NCBI GenBank assembly: GCA_965226785.1 | Contig: CBDDEC010000004.1 | Coordinates: 588,093 to 652,092 of the forward strand | Source: Dehalococcoidia bacterium | GTDB lineage: Bacteria > Chloroflexota > Dehalococcoidia > UBA2979 | Reading direction: 5' to 3' | Length of the DNA: 64,000 nt | The notes under the pieces: model-generated | Database searches by the model: none | What the model was told of the DNA's origin: nothing | The model's input: only the letters and a program-made list of their open reading frames with translations | Shown here: piece by piece, positions 51,237 to 62,815 of the stretch | How positions within the stretch are numbered: the first letter of the stretch is position 1 | How the letters are laid out: every line of letters starts with the position of its first letter | Program-made: the position numbers and the translations under genes

Positions 51237-52353
51237 GTGGGACGGCAAAACCTGATAGGTGCAGCTCTGTCCTGAGATAGCAGAGTATCGGCGAGCCACG
51301 AGAGGCTCGTCTGTGCTCTACCTCCGTCTGCTTGTCGCAGCACTCTTCGCATCGGTCCGCGCCCGCCGAGATCTCGTCCTCGAGAACTTGGCGCTGCGGC
51401 ATCAGCTCGCCGTCTACACAAGGGGCCGTCGTCGACCGCGGCTCCGTCGCCACGACCGCCGACTCTGGTCACTGCTGGCACGTGGTTGGTCCGGCTGGCG
51501 AGGCACGCTCGTGATGGTCGAGCCGGACACGGTGGTGCGCTGGCATCGTTCTGCTTGGCGCGCCTACTGGCGCTGGAAGAGTCGTCGCCGCTCCGGACGA
51601 CCCCGGATTCCCGCAGAGCTGCGACAGCTGATCGTCCGCATCGCCACTGAGCATCCGCGGTGGGGCGCCGTCCGCATCGTCGGCGAGCTGCGTGCCCTTG
51701 GCTTCGAGGTCAGCGCCCGCACCGTGAGTCGCTACCGTCAGCAGGCGCTCCGGCGACCGCCGAGTCAGTCGTGGCACACGTTTCTCCGCAACCACGCGTC
51801 CAGCATCTGGGCCGCCGATCTGTGCACGGTCCAGACGCTCGCCTTCCGCACGCTCTCCGTGCTCATCGTGATCGACCACGACCGGCGCCGCATCCGGCAC
51901 TGGAACGTCACGGAGCATCCGAACGCGCCCTGGATCTGGCAGCAGCTGATCGAGGCGAGCGCCTGGGGTCAGCAGCCAGGGTTCCTGATCCGAGACCGCG
52001 ACCGTAGCGATGGCGGAGACTTCATCGCACGCGCTCGACGGATCGGGATCGAGACGATTCTGACTCCGGTGCACGCGCCGAATGCCAACGCCATCGCCGA
52101 GCGCGTCATCGGCACGCTCAGGCGCGAGTGTCTCGACCATGTCATCGCGGTCAACGAACAACATCTCCGGCGGGTGCCTGGTGAGTACGTCCAGCACTAC
52201 AACGCGATGCGTCCGCATCGATCATTGTCGCTCGACTCTCCGGAGGGACGCTCGCCGGTGCAGCGGACGCCGAGTCAGCGAGTCGTCAGCAAGCCGGTGC
52301 TAGGAGGCTTGCATCATGAGTATCGGTGGGCCGCATGAGGTTTTGCCGTCCCA
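51237..52353 (+). mobile_element. IS481-like (type 1) insertion sequence, copy A (~1.1 kb, intact)
   Basis: Terminal IRs GTGGGACGGCAAAACCT (left) and rc at the right end. Copies at 57243.. (truncated), 60041..61158 (intact), 63921.. (edge), 40757.. (fragment). Confidence 0.8.
51259..52338 (+). CDS. DDE (rve integrase-core) transposase, IS481-like single-ORF type (359 aa)
   Basis: N-terminal leucine-zipper/HTH (LVLENLALRHQLAV, HPRWGAVRIVGELRALG). Core IWAADLFTVQT...LIRDRDRS...RPHRSL. Confidence 0.8.
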   Translation: MQLCPEIAEYRRATRGSSVLYLRLLVAALFASVRARRDLVLENLALRHQLAVYTRGRRRPRLRRHDRRLWSLLARGWSGWRGTLVMVEPDTVVRWHRSAWRAYWRWKSRRRSGRPRIPAELRQLIVRIATEHPRWGAVRIVGELRALGFEVSARTVSRYRQQALRRPPSQSWHTFLRNHASSIWAADLCTVQTLAFRTLSVLIVIDHDRRRIRHWNVTEHPNAPWIWQQLIEASAWGQQPGFLIRDRDRSDGGDFIARARRIGIETILTPVHAPNANAIAERVIGTLRRECLDHVIAVNEQHLRRVPGEYVQHYNAMRPHRSLSLDSPEGRSPVQRTPSQRVVSKPVLGGLHHEYRWAA

Positions 52354-52564
52354 CGGCCAGCCCGGGTCGCCGAGGTCCCTTGCCGAGATGGCCGTGGCCT
52401 CTGGCGAGATGGAGCCGGGAAAGAGCTCCAGCAGCACATCGGGCGAGCTGGTCCCCGCGCTAGGTATGGTGGGCTGCCCGCGAACTCCGCCACGATCAAG
52501 TCGGCGAAGTCGCCAGCAGAGACTTCGCGTTGGGGGGCAGCCTGTGAAGCAGGGCAGTAGGTCG

Positions 52565-52882
52565 TCACTCAGTGGGACTGCCGAGCCCGTGCGTGATCAG
52601 TTTCGTGGCGATCCCGATGTCATCCGAGTCTTTGAGGACGGCGAACGCGGGGACTCCGGCGAAGAACTCGACGACGCTGACCTCCAGTTCGTCGAGGATC
52701 GTGAGCAGGTTCACCACCGAGATGTCACGCGCGCCGCTCTCGTACAGAGAGAGCGATCCCTGGGACAGGCCCACGGCCTCTGCAACGCGCTGCTGCGAGA
52801 CCTTGCGTAGGAGACGAATCTCCCGGAGACGCGCCCCGACCGACCGCACCAACGCACTCTTCGGTGGTTTGCTCTTCGGCAC
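52565..52882 (-). CDS. XRE-family helix-turn-helix transcriptional regulator
   Basis: LREIRLLRKVSQQRVAEAVGLSQGSLSLYESGARDISVVNLLTILDEL HTH_3 pattern. 105 aa. Confidence 0.7.
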   Translation of the reverse strand: MPKSKPPKSALVRSVGARLREIRLLRKVSQQRVAEAVGLSQGSLSLYESGARDISVVNLLTILDELEVSVVEFFAGVPAFAVLKDSDDIGIATKLITHGLGSPTE

Positions 52883-53083
52883 GTAGTAGACCCTTCGCTG
52901 TCGATGGGCTCTGGCACGACCCCGCGCAAACCGCGCCGAACGTGCAGTGGGTGCGTGATTTCTACGACGACTTGCAGCCGCACTCGACCGGGCAGATCTA
53001 CGTCAATTTCCTCGGCGGCCGCGCATCGCTCCCGTGATTACGGGGCACCCACCAGCACGCCACGGGGCGACTGGTGAGTGGAA

Positions 53084-53413
53084 TCAGAACGGCGGATCGC
53101 CCTTCCCTGTTAGTTGGACAACGTGCGTCGCTTCTGGCCCGGCGGTATCCATCCTCACGGCGCCAAGGGAGCCGATGGGCGCCGATCGGCCGTCGCTGAG
53201 GCGTAGCTCGCTCGGTGGCTCGTCGCCCACCCAGCGTAGGCCGACCGCCGCTGGGGCGGTCAGCTCCCCGCCCCAGCGGGCACCGCGGACCTCGAGGCTC
53301 AGCTTCCAGAGCTCAGCCGCCACCTCAGCCACCACGATCCCGTTCGGATCGAGTAGCTCGGCGGTGCCCTGCCAGTGCACCGTCCGCTCGGTGGGTTTCA
53401 TGATCAACGCCAT
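53084..53413 (-). CDS. hypothetical protein
   Basis: 109-aa ORF upstream of, and co-oriented with, the XRE regulator. No motif recognised. Confidence 0.35.
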   Translation of the reverse strand: MALIMKPTERTVHWQGTAELLDPNGIVVAEVAAELWKLSLEVRGARWGGELTAPAAVGLRWVGDEPPSELRLSDGRSAPIGSLGAVRMDTAGPEATHVVQLTGKGDPPF

Positions 53414-53625
53414 CTTCCTGGTCGATCGGCGAGCGCATGCGACTCAGACAACGATACCGCGATCCTCCAGTGGGGCAGACATCAGGCGGTGGAGCCGAAG
53501 GGCTTCGACAGGCTGTGCGGGCGTGGGCCGTGCGCTGGGACGGCTACCCGACCGACCTACGTCGGCGACAGAGACACCACGATCACGATCTCGGCACAAA
53601 GACATACACGATGGGTGAACACACC

Positions 53626-53723
53626 CGTGGGGCGGCAATATTCCATCCAGCCCATGATTTCAGCGTTTCGGAGTCAGCGGCGCGCCTCGCGGATACGGCG
53701 GATGAGGTTTTCGTGCCCCACAG
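53626..53723. repeat. MITE-like repeat element A, copy 2
   Basis: See 37829..37916. Confidence 0.6.
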
Positions 53724-53752
53724 GTGTGGGGCGCGGGTGACACGGCCGAGGA

Positions 53753-54088
53753 GTGCATGCAGTCTCTCGACGAACGATTGGGCTCTGGGTCGAGGCGGAG
53801 CTCGAGGGCGGCCGGGACATTCCCGAGCCGAGTGACCCGGAGCGCTACTCGGGCCACTACACGCTGCGCATCCCGCCGGCGCTCCAAGCGGACGCTGCCG
53901 AGTTCGCGGAGCTGCAGGGTGTAAGCCTCAACCGTGTCTTCTCTGCCGCCATCGCGTTCTACGTCGGCCGGCACACCGGTGGCATCGCGGTTGATGAGCT
54001 GGCACCACCGGTGCACCGAGAGCTCGTGCCGTTTCAGCTCGAAGCTCTAGAGAAGATCGTCGACCTACAGGGGGCTGCGGGCGGATGA
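53753..54088 (+). CDS. ribbon-helix-helix (CopG/HicB-antitoxin-like) DNA-binding protein
   Basis: YSGHYTLRIPPALQADAAEFAELQGVSLNRVFSAAIAFYV resembles the C-terminal RHH of HicB-family antitoxins. No HicA partner found. Confidence 0.4.
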   Translation: MHAVSRRTIGLWVEAELEGGRDIPEPSDPERYSGHYTLRIPPALQADAAEFAELQGVSLNRVFSAAIAFYVGRHTGGIAVDELAPPVHRELVPFQLEALEKIVDLQGAAGG

Positions 54089-54651
54089 CGAACGTTCAGT
54101 CCAGCTTGGACCGTGCGCGGCTCGAGCAGTTCGAGTCAGGCTTTCGGGATCGTCGGCGCGAGATCGCTCTCGCAAGATCGTCGAACAAACACAAGCTCTC
54201 ACCCTCAGCAGCTGTGAAGTTGCTGAACGCACAGGGCTCTCGACGGCGGGTATGACGGCAGCGTGAGAGATGGCCCATCGCGAAATGTGAAGCCTCGCTG
54301 TCGCTCAGGATGCGGATTGGAGCGACCGACGGCGGCGCAGAGGGGGCTCGTCGGCAGTCGGTGGAGGTAGCCAGCGCTTTGCCCGATTGAGCCTCGAGGT
54401 GGGTGCCACCGACGACGCTCGATCTTGGTCGCACCGGGTATAGGCACCATTGGAGGCCCCCTGACCGCTCTCTAGTAGTGGGTGGGGCGGGCTGTCAGTC
54501 GAGCTCGTGGAAGTCGGGAACGGAGGAGCCGGCTTCGACGCCGTCGGTCGCAGTCTGGCGAGCGAGCTCGCCGCAGGGGCGATGCCACCTCGAGGGCGCG
54601 CGCCCGGCGCGCCTCGGGTGAGGTAAGCTCGCGACGGACCGAGGAGACGCC

Positions 54652-55708
54652 CGTGACGACCAGCATCGAGACCCCGCAGCCGCGCCTCCACGTCGTCGAG
54701 GACGAGGCATCCGCGATCGACTACTGCTACGAGCAGGGGTGGACGGACGGCCTGCCCGTCGTGCCTCCTACCGAGGAGCGCGTGCAGGCGATGCTCGAGT
54801 GGGCCGCGCGCCCGCCCGAGGAGGTGCTGGCGACGCACCCACCGACCGGACGCGCCTGCACGGTGTACGCGGCGGCGGTGAACGCCGTCCTTGCCGGGTG
54901 TTTGCCGGAGTACTTCCCGGTGGTGATTGCGGCGCTTGAGGCGATGAGCGAGCCGGAGTACGCGTACCACGCCTCGACGGCGAGCACGGGCGGGTCGGTG
55001 CCGATGCTGATCGTGAGCGGCCCGATCAAGGACGAGATCGCGATGAACTCCGAGGGCAACGTCTTCGGCTCGGGTAACCGCGCCAACGCCACGATCGGGC
55101 GCGCGATTCGCCTCGTCACACTTAACGTCTTCAAGATGACGCCCGGGATCGCCGACCGCTCAACGACCGGCTGGCCCGGCAAGTACTCGTGCTGCATCGC
55201 CGAGTACGAGGAGGCGAGCCCTTGGAAGCCGCTGCGCGTCGAGCTGGAGTTCCCGGACGAGATCAGCACGGTCACGGTCTTCGCCGCGAGCGGCTTCTAC
55301 AACATCGAGAACCACTACACCGACGACCCGGAGGCGCTGCTGACGACGTTCTCTGATGCGATGGCGAGCCTGGGCGCGTTCAGCCCCGGCGAGTCGGTAG
55401 TCGTGTTCTCGCCGGAGCATGCGGCGATCGCCGCCAGCGGTGGCTGGTCCAAGCAGGACGTGCGCGAGTTCCTCTTCGAGCGCGCCGCGCGCACGCGCGA
55501 GGAGCTGCGCCGCGCGGGCAAGGTCCCCGGCCCTGTCGAGCCCTCGGACGGGACGACCCTGGTACATCGCGGGCACTCGCCTGAGGACATATTGATCGCG
55601 GTCGCAGGGGGTGAGGCGGGCGGTCACTCCGCGTTCCTCACCTCGTGGAGCCGCGGCCGCGGCTCGCTACGCCAGACGGCGCCCATTGGCGTCTGCGTCG
55701 ACTGCTAG
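54652..55708 (+). CDS. hypothetical protein, co-operonic with the UGSC selenoprotein candidate
   Basis: GTG start with RBS GAGGAGA 6 nt upstream; the ORF is open from 54482. 352 aa with several Cys pairs (CCIAEY, GVCVDC). 9-bp gap to the next gene. Confidence 0.5.
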
Positions 55709-55717
55709 GGAGGCAGC

Positions 55718-56290
55718 GTGATGGCCGTACAACTGGTCGACCCGACCGTCGAGGCGCCGGACACCGACAACTCGTACGCTCCGCGCCTCGAAGTCCTCGA
55801 CGGGTTACGCATCGGGCTGCTCTGGAATGGCAAGGTGAATGCCGACGCGCTGCTGCGCGAGACGGCGCGCTGCTTCGAGGAGCATCACGGCTGCGCGGTC
55901 GTCGATGAGGCCTCGAAGCCCTCGGCGAGCCACATAGCAGAGCCGCAGGTGCTGGAACGTCTGGCGGAGAACGTCGACTTTCTGATCACCGCGGTAGGGG
56001 ACTGAGGCTCCTGCTCGACGTGCAGTGTGCACGACGGTATCTCGTTCGAGCAGCTCGGCAAGCCGGCCCTCGTGCTGTGCACGAAGCCGTTCGAGGCGAC
56101 GGGCCACATGATCGCCACGACGACAGGGCTGCCTGACTTCCGCTTCGCCCTCCTCGACCACCCGATCGGGAGCGCCAGCGCAGCAGGCATCGCCGCCCGC
56201 GCCGAGGATGCCTACCGGCAAGGGTTGTCGATCCTGCGCGCGGACCAGCAGCCAACCAGATTCGTCGAAAAAGCCAAGCCCTCACCCTGA
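55718..56290 (+). CDS. UGSC-family selenoprotein candidate (in-frame TGA at 56003..56005 read as Sec)
   Basis: Two same-frame ORFs (55718..56005 and 56027..56290) are joined by a single TGA. Translation through it gives ...DFLITAVGD-U-GSCSTCSV..., the U-G-S-C motif. A stable hairpin follows 11 nt later. Confidence 0.6.
56016..56036 (+). promoter_or_regulatory. candidate bacterial SECIS stem-loop
   Basis: CGACGTGCA-GTG-TGCACGACG: a 9-bp stem with one mismatch and a 3-nt loop, starting 11 nt after the UGA. Confidence 0.45.
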
Positions 56291-56494
56291 GGCGCTACCA
56301 GCCTGTTGAGCTCAGCGGTCTGACGCTCGCGGTGTGACGCTGGCAGGGTTCCGGACCCGAGCGCAGTGCTTCACACCTGAGTGTCGGAGTCAATCCGCTC
56401 GCGTGTCGCCGTAGAAGTAGAGCTGGTCGCCGGCGAGCGTCGGCGGTCCATGCCTCGAAGTCGCCCGGTGACATCGCCGCCCAGTCCGGGGTCT

Positions 56495-56592
56495 CGTGGG
56501 GCGGCAATATTCCATCCAGCCCATGATTTCGGCGTTTCGGAGTCAGCGGCGCGCCTCGCGGATACGGCGGATGAGGTTTTCGTGCCCCACAG
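56495..56592. repeat. MITE-like repeat element A, copy 3
   Basis: See 37829..37916. Confidence 0.6.
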
Positions 56593-56774
56593 CGGGCATG
56601 CCGAGTCACCGGCCAGCACCGCTCCACACAGCGCCGCCTGTCGGCGCGCGGCCACGGCGACGACGCGCTGCGGACGGAGTTGCACGCCTTCTCGCGTGGC
56701 CACCCCCGCTGGGGTTACCGCCGGGCGTGGCGCGGCGGCTGAATGACCGCCTCGCAGTCCGGCGCTATTGAGAA

Positions 56775-56841
56775 GTGTGGGTGTGAGATCTCGGTACCCG
56801 CACGACAGAACGGCTCCGGTACCTGCACGACATGTGGTGCA
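56775..56841. repeat. solo right-end remnant of the type 2 IS481-family element
   Basis: GTGTGGGTGTGAGATCTCGGTACCCGCACGACAGAACGGCTCCGGTACCTGCACGACATGTGGTGCA is about 95% identical to 37917..37985. No transposase adjacent. Confidence 0.6.
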
Positions 56842-56952
56842 CGCGAACTGGCAACCGCGCCCAGCCGCTTCGCATCGTCAGAAACTGCCGTCAGCACTGG
56901 GCGGATGCGCCGCGAGGACCTTGGGGTACACGAGCGAGGCGAAGCATCCGCG

Positions 56953-57238
56953 CTATGCGGGTGGTGAGTCGTCCCTCTCTTCACCATCATCGCCGGCATC
57001 CTCGTCGCCATCGCCATCGCCGTCGATAAGGTCGCGCGCCCGATCGACTGTTCCGCTGGCGGCGTCCACAACCGCCTCGGCCGCGTCGCCAGCCGTTTCG
57101 ACGACCTGGTCGGCGGCCGATGAGGCCGCCCCCGCCGCGCCGCTCGCTGCGTCAGCCGCGCCGCCAGCGAGGTCGCCTGCAACGCCCTTTCCTCTTCCGA
57201 ACATCCCCTTGATTGAATCGAGCAGTCCCATGCACCAC
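56953..57238 (-). CDS. small hypothetical acidic/Gly-Ala-rich protein
   Basis: MGLLDSIKGMFGRGKG... ORF ending at an Asp/Glu-rich tail. Start lies 3 bp from the IS481-like copy B left end. The longer 168-aa ORF is antisense to the IS end. Confidence 0.3.
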
Positions 57239-57242
57239 CGCC

Positions 57243-58172
57243 GTGGGACGGCAAAACTTGATCCGTGCAGGTCTGTCCTGAGATAGCAGAGTATCGGCGA
57301 GCCACGAGAGGCTCGTCTGTGCTCTACCTCCGTCTGCTTGTCGCAGCACTCTTCGCATCGGTCCGCGCCCGCCGAGATCTCGTCCTCGAGCACTTGGCGC
57401 TGCGGCATCAGCTCGCCGTCTACACAAGGGGCCGTCGTCGACCGCGGCTCCGTCGCCACGACCGCCGACTCTGGTCACTGCTGGCACGTGGTTGGTCCGG
57501 CTGGCGAGGCACGCTCGTGATGGTCGAGCCGGACACGGTGGTGCGCTGGCATCGTTCTGCTTGGCGCGCCTACTGGCGCTGGAAGAGTCGTCGCCGCTCC
57601 GGACGACCCCGGATTCCCGCAGAGCTGCGACAGCTGATCGTCCGCATCGCCACTGAGCATCCGCGGTGGGGCGCCGTCCGCATCGTCGGCGAGCTGCGTG
57701 CCCTTGGCTTCGAGGTCAGCGCCCGCACCGTGAGTCGCTACCGCCGGCAAGCGCTGCGGCGCCCCCCGAGCCAGTCGTGGCGCACGTTTCTCCGCAACCA
57801 CGCGTCCAGCATCTGGGCCGCCGATCTGTTCACGGTCCAGACGCTCGCCTTCCGCACGCTCTCCGTGCTCATCGTGATCGACCACGACCGGCGCCGCATC
57901 CGGCACTGGAACGTCACGGAGCATCCGAACGCGCCCTGGATCTGGCAGCAGATGATCGAGGCGACCGCCTGGGGTCAGCAGCCAGGGTTCCTGATCCGAG
58001 ACCGCGACCGTAGCTATGGCGGAGACTTCATCGCACGCGCTCGACGGCTCGGGATCGAGACGATTCTGACTCCGGTGCACGCGCCGAATGCCAACGCCAT
58101 CGCCGAGCGCGTCATCGGCACGCTCAGGCGCGAGTGTCTCGACCATGTCATCACGGTCAACGAACAACATCT
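57243..58172 (+). mobile_element. IS481-like (type 1) copy B, 3'-truncated by nested IS3 insertion
   Basis: Left IR and the first about 290 codons of the transposase (57265..58172) are present. The gene runs directly into the IS3 IR at 58173. Confidence 0.8.
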
Positions 58173-58222
58173 TGAACCGCCCCGGGAATGTTGGAGGCTC
58201 CAGTCCTTGAGAGGATGGAGCG

Positions 58223-59430
<1,208 letters not shown>

Positions 59431-59519
59431 ACCGAGTCTCCACTAGCGAACCCGGGGCGGTTCAGTCCGGAGAACCGGGTCAGGCTCCGAGAGCCTCAGT
59501 TTGAGTCGAGGAGGAAAGC

Positions 59520-59927
59520 ATGTCCATCCTGATTCGTGCGGCAGCGGCTTACCTTGTGTTGCTTGCGGCTGTGGTTGCCGTAAATTTTATCGTTACTCCC
59601 CTGTACCACCCGGGCGGAGACGAGCCATTCACGGTGTGGGAGATACTCAACTGGTTCATGGCGGTGGGTATGGTGATTGCCTTGGCCGGCAGCTACGTGG
59701 AAAAGCGCCGTGTCGATGGCGACGGTTCGGCGGACCTGAAGCGATACCTAGAAGCGAACGCGGTTTTCTACGGGGTAGTTGCTGTGTTCATCCTGTTCTT
59801 CTGGAACTGGTTTAGCTCTCTGTCTCCCAACAACGAGGCCGACGGACAATTTTGGGCCGTCATCGACACCCTCATGCCCATCGTGATGGGCGTAACGGGC
59901 TGCCGCATGTGCAGACACAGCAGCTGA
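59520..59927 (+). CDS. hypothetical membrane protein
   Basis: 135 aa, 4 hydrophobic helices. RBS GAGGAGGAAAG upstream. Confidence 0.5.
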   Translation: MSILIRAAAAYLVLLAAVVAVNFIVTPLYHPGGDEPFTVWEILNWFMAVGMVIALAGSYVEKRRVDGDGSADLKRYLEANAVFYGVVAVFILFFWNWFSSLSPNNEADGQFWAVIDTLMPIVMGVTGCRMCRHSS

Positions 59928-60040
59928 CCAAGGAACGCCGCGCAAGGTCTCTGGCAAAGCCCGTTGCGACCCTTGGTACGAGTTCGCAGTACAGCACGCT
60001 TAGGCCCACCACCCTGACTGAAGACAACACCGGGGCCGCC

Positions 60041-61158
60041 GTGGGACGGCAAAACCTGATAGGTGCAGCTCTGTCCTGAGATAGCAGAGTATCGGCGAGC
60101 CACGAGAGGCTCGTCTGTGCTCTACCTCCGTCTGCTTGTCGCAGCACTCTTCGCTTCGGTCCGCGCCCGCCGAGATCTCGTCCTCGAGAACTTGGCGCTG
60201 CGGCATCAGCTCGCCGTCTACACCCGGGGCTGTCGTCGACCGCGGCTCCGTCGCCACGACCGCCGATTCTGGTCACTACTGGCACGCGGTTGGTTCGGCT
60301 GGCGAGGCACGCTCGTGATGGTCGAGCCGGACACGGTGGTGCGGTGGCATCGTTCTGCTTGGCGCGCCTACTGGCGCTGGAAGAGTCGTCGCCGCTCCGG
60401 ACGACCCCGGATTCCCGCAGAGCTGCGACAGCTGATCGTCCGCATCGCCACTGAGCATCCGCGGTGGGGCGCCGTCCGCATCGTCGGCGAGCTGCGTGCC
60501 CTTGGCTTCGAGGTCAGCGCCCGCACCGTGAGTCGCTACCGCCGGCAAGCGCTGCGGCGCCCCCCGAGCCAGTCGTGGCGCACGTTTCTCCGCAACCACG
60601 CGTCCAGCATCTGGGCCGCCGATCTGTTCACGGTCCAGACGCTCGCCTTCCGCACGCTCTACGTGCTCATCGTGATCGACCGCGACCGGCGCCGCATCCG
60701 GCACTGGAACGTCACGGAGCATCCGAACGCGCCCTGGATCTGGCAGCAGATGATCGAGGCGACCGCCTGGGGTCAGCAGCCAGGGTTCCTGATCCGAGAC
60801 CGCGACCGTAGCTATGGCGGAGACTTCATCGCACGCGCTCGACGGCTCGGGATCGAGACGATTCTGACTCCGGTGCGCGCGCCGAATGCCAACGCCATCG
60901 CCGAGCGCGTCATCGGCACGCTCAGGCGCGAGTGTCTCGACCATGTCATCGCGGTCAACGAACAACATCTCCGGCGGGTGCTTGGTGAGTACGTCCAGCA
61001 CTACAACGCGATGCGTCCGCATCGATCATTGTCGCTCGACTCTCCGGAGGGACGCTCGCCGGTGCAGCGGACGCCGAGTCAGCGAGTCGTCAGCAAGCCG
61101 GTGCTAGGAGGCTTGCATCATGAGTATCGGTGGGCCGCATGAGGTTTTGCCGTCCCAC
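60041..61158 (+). mobile_element. IS481-like (type 1) insertion sequence, copy C (intact)
   Basis: IRs as in copy A. Transposase 60063..61142 (359 aa, a few substitutions relative to A). Confidence 0.8.
60063..61142 (+). CDS. DDE (rve) transposase, IS481-like type 1
   Basis: About 97% identical to 51259..52338. Confidence 0.8.
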   Translation: MQLCPEIAEYRRATRGSSVLYLRLLVAALFASVRARRDLVLENLALRHQLAVYTRGCRRPRLRRHDRRFWSLLARGWFGWRGTLVMVEPDTVVRWHRSAWRAYWRWKSRRRSGRPRIPAELRQLIVRIATEHPRWGAVRIVGELRALGFEVSARTVSRYRRQALRRPPSQSWRTFLRNHASSIWAADLFTVQTLAFRTLYVLIVIDRDRRRIRHWNVTEHPNAPWIWQQMIEATAWGQQPGFLIRDRDRSYGGDFIARARRLGIETILTPVRAPNANAIAERVIGTLRRECLDHVIAVNEQHLRRVLGEYVQHYNAMRPHRSLSLDSPEGRSPVQRTPSQRVVSKPVLGGLHHEYRWAA

Positions 61159-61588
61159 GGGCCCATAACTACGCCTGTATCGCGGTTCAGTGTGGCACCA
61201 TCACTCGCGGGTAGCAGCGGCGAAGTTGGGGCAATGGCCATGTACGCCGGTGACTCCGTGCGTTTCATCCGCGGGGTCGAACCTGCGAGTGAGATAGTTC
61301 GCGAGATCGCTGAAGGTGCCGACGAGCTCCTGCGTGCGCGGAGCTGAGATCCCCGGCCCCCGGCAGGGCTGACTGCGTATTGACGCCCGGGCAGCATCTT
61401 CCTCTGGGACGGCGACGGCTCAATGACGCACGAGGACTCGATGCGCAGCCTGCGGCTGATGGGCGAGGAGGTGCTCCCTGCCATGCGCGAAGTCGCCGAC
61501 GAACTCCGCCTAGACGGCCCCTTCGACGTCCACCCGATGACCGGAGCACGCCGCGAAGGCTCGGCCGTCGAGGGCTAGGCGCGTCTTC

Positions 61589-62815
61589 CTACGCCCCCAC
61601 CTCGCCGAGGTCGCGGAGGGCCTCGGCGAGACGCTCATAGTCGGCGCGGGTGTTGTAGAGCTGCGCCGAGACGCGCAACAGGCGTCGAGGCGGCGACGGC
61701 CAGCGCATCACGGGCACCTCAATGCGGTAGTCCTCGATCAACGTGGCGTTCAGTTTGTCGGACGGTCCGCGTCCGGGCGTGACGTCGTCGGGCCAGCGCA
61801 GCGGCAGCGCCGCCATCGAACCGAGCATGTCGTCGGGCGCTGGTGCTGTGGTCATGTCGAGGGCGTCTACCAGCAGGTCACGAGCCTCGAGGGCGAGTGC
61901 GTGGTTGCGTTGGCGGATGGCGTCCCAGCCGCCTTCGTGCGCCGCGCCGACCGCGTCGATCGCGGTCGGGACGCAGAGCCAGGGAGTGATGTCGGCGGTG
62001 CCGAGCCAGTCGAACTCGTGGTGGAAGCGAGAGCGCGAGGCGTCTTGAGCGTTCGCGCCGTGGCTGATCACAGTCGGGCGGATCGCGGACTGACGCTGTG
62101 GTGCGACCCAGAGGAAGCCAGCGCCCTTCGGCGAGCAGAGCCACTTGTGGCAGTTGCCGCTGTAGTAGGTCACGCCGACCTCTGCGAGGCTGTCGAGGTC
62201 CAGCGGGATCATTCCGGGCGCATGCGCGCCGTCGACCAGCACCTCAATGCCGCGCGAGGTGAGTGCCGACGCCATTTCCTCGAGGGGGAGCACTAGCGCG
62301 GTAGGGCTCGTGATGTGATCGACCATTGCCAGGCGAGTCCTCGAGCTGACGCGCTCGAGCAGCGAATCGACGACCTCGCCCGGCGACTCGATCGGGAACG
62401 GGATTGGCGCGACGACGACTGTGGCGCTCGCGCGCTCGGCGACGAAGTCGAGGGCATTGCGGCACGCATTGTAGGCATGGTCGGTCACGAGCAGCTCATC
62501 GCCGGGCTCGAAGCGCAACGAGCGCAGCACGGCGTTGACGCCGGTGGTCGCGTTGTTCACGAAAGCGAGATCGGCCGTTCGAGCGCCGACGAACGCGGCG
62601 AGTGCCGCGCGAGCGTCATCGATGCGCTGTTGTCTCGTGCGGGTCAAGAACTCGATCGGCTCGCGCTCGAGTTCGTCGCGCAACGCCTGCTGGCGTGCCA
62701 GCACGGGCCGAGGTGTCGCGCCGTAGGAGCCATGGTTGAGGTATGCGACCTCCGGGTCGAGCGCCCAGAACTCCTGTGTCGTGCTGCTCCCGGCTGGCGG
62801 CGCGCCGTCGCTCAC
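61589..62815 (-). CDS. class V aminotransferase-fold PLP-dependent enzyme (cysteine desulfurase/isopenicillin-N-epimerase-like)
   Basis: AYLNHGSYGATPRPV N-terminus. PLP-lysine region YYSGNCHKWLCSPKGAGFLWV. 408 aa. Confidence 0.7.
   Translation of the reverse strand: MSDGAPPAGSSTTQEFWALDPEVAYLNHGSYGATPRPVLARQQALRDELEREPIEFLTRTRQQRIDDARAALAAFVGARTADLAFVNNATTGVNAVLRSLRFEPGDELLVTDHAYNACRNALDFVAERASATVVVAPIPFPIESPGEVVDSLLERVSSRTRLAMVDHITSPTALVLPLEEMASALTSRGIEVLVDGAHAPGMIPLDLDSLAEVGVTYYSGNCHKWLCSPKGAGFLWVAPQRQSAIRPTVISHGANAQDASRSRFHHEFDWLGTADITPWLCVPTAIDAVGAAHEGGWDAIRQRNHALALEARDLLVDALDMTTAPAPDDMLGSMAALPLRWPDDVTPGRGPSDKLNATLIEDYRIEVPVMRWPSPPRRLLRVSAQLYNTRADYERLAEALRDLGEVGA

Noticed and set aside
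56953-57459. 168-aa minus-strand ORF starting MATEPRSTTAPCVDG
   Set aside because: Its N-terminal two-thirds is antisense to the left end of the IS481-like element and recurs at every IS copy (51226.., 60000..). Only the distal 95 codons (56953..57238) might be a real small gene.
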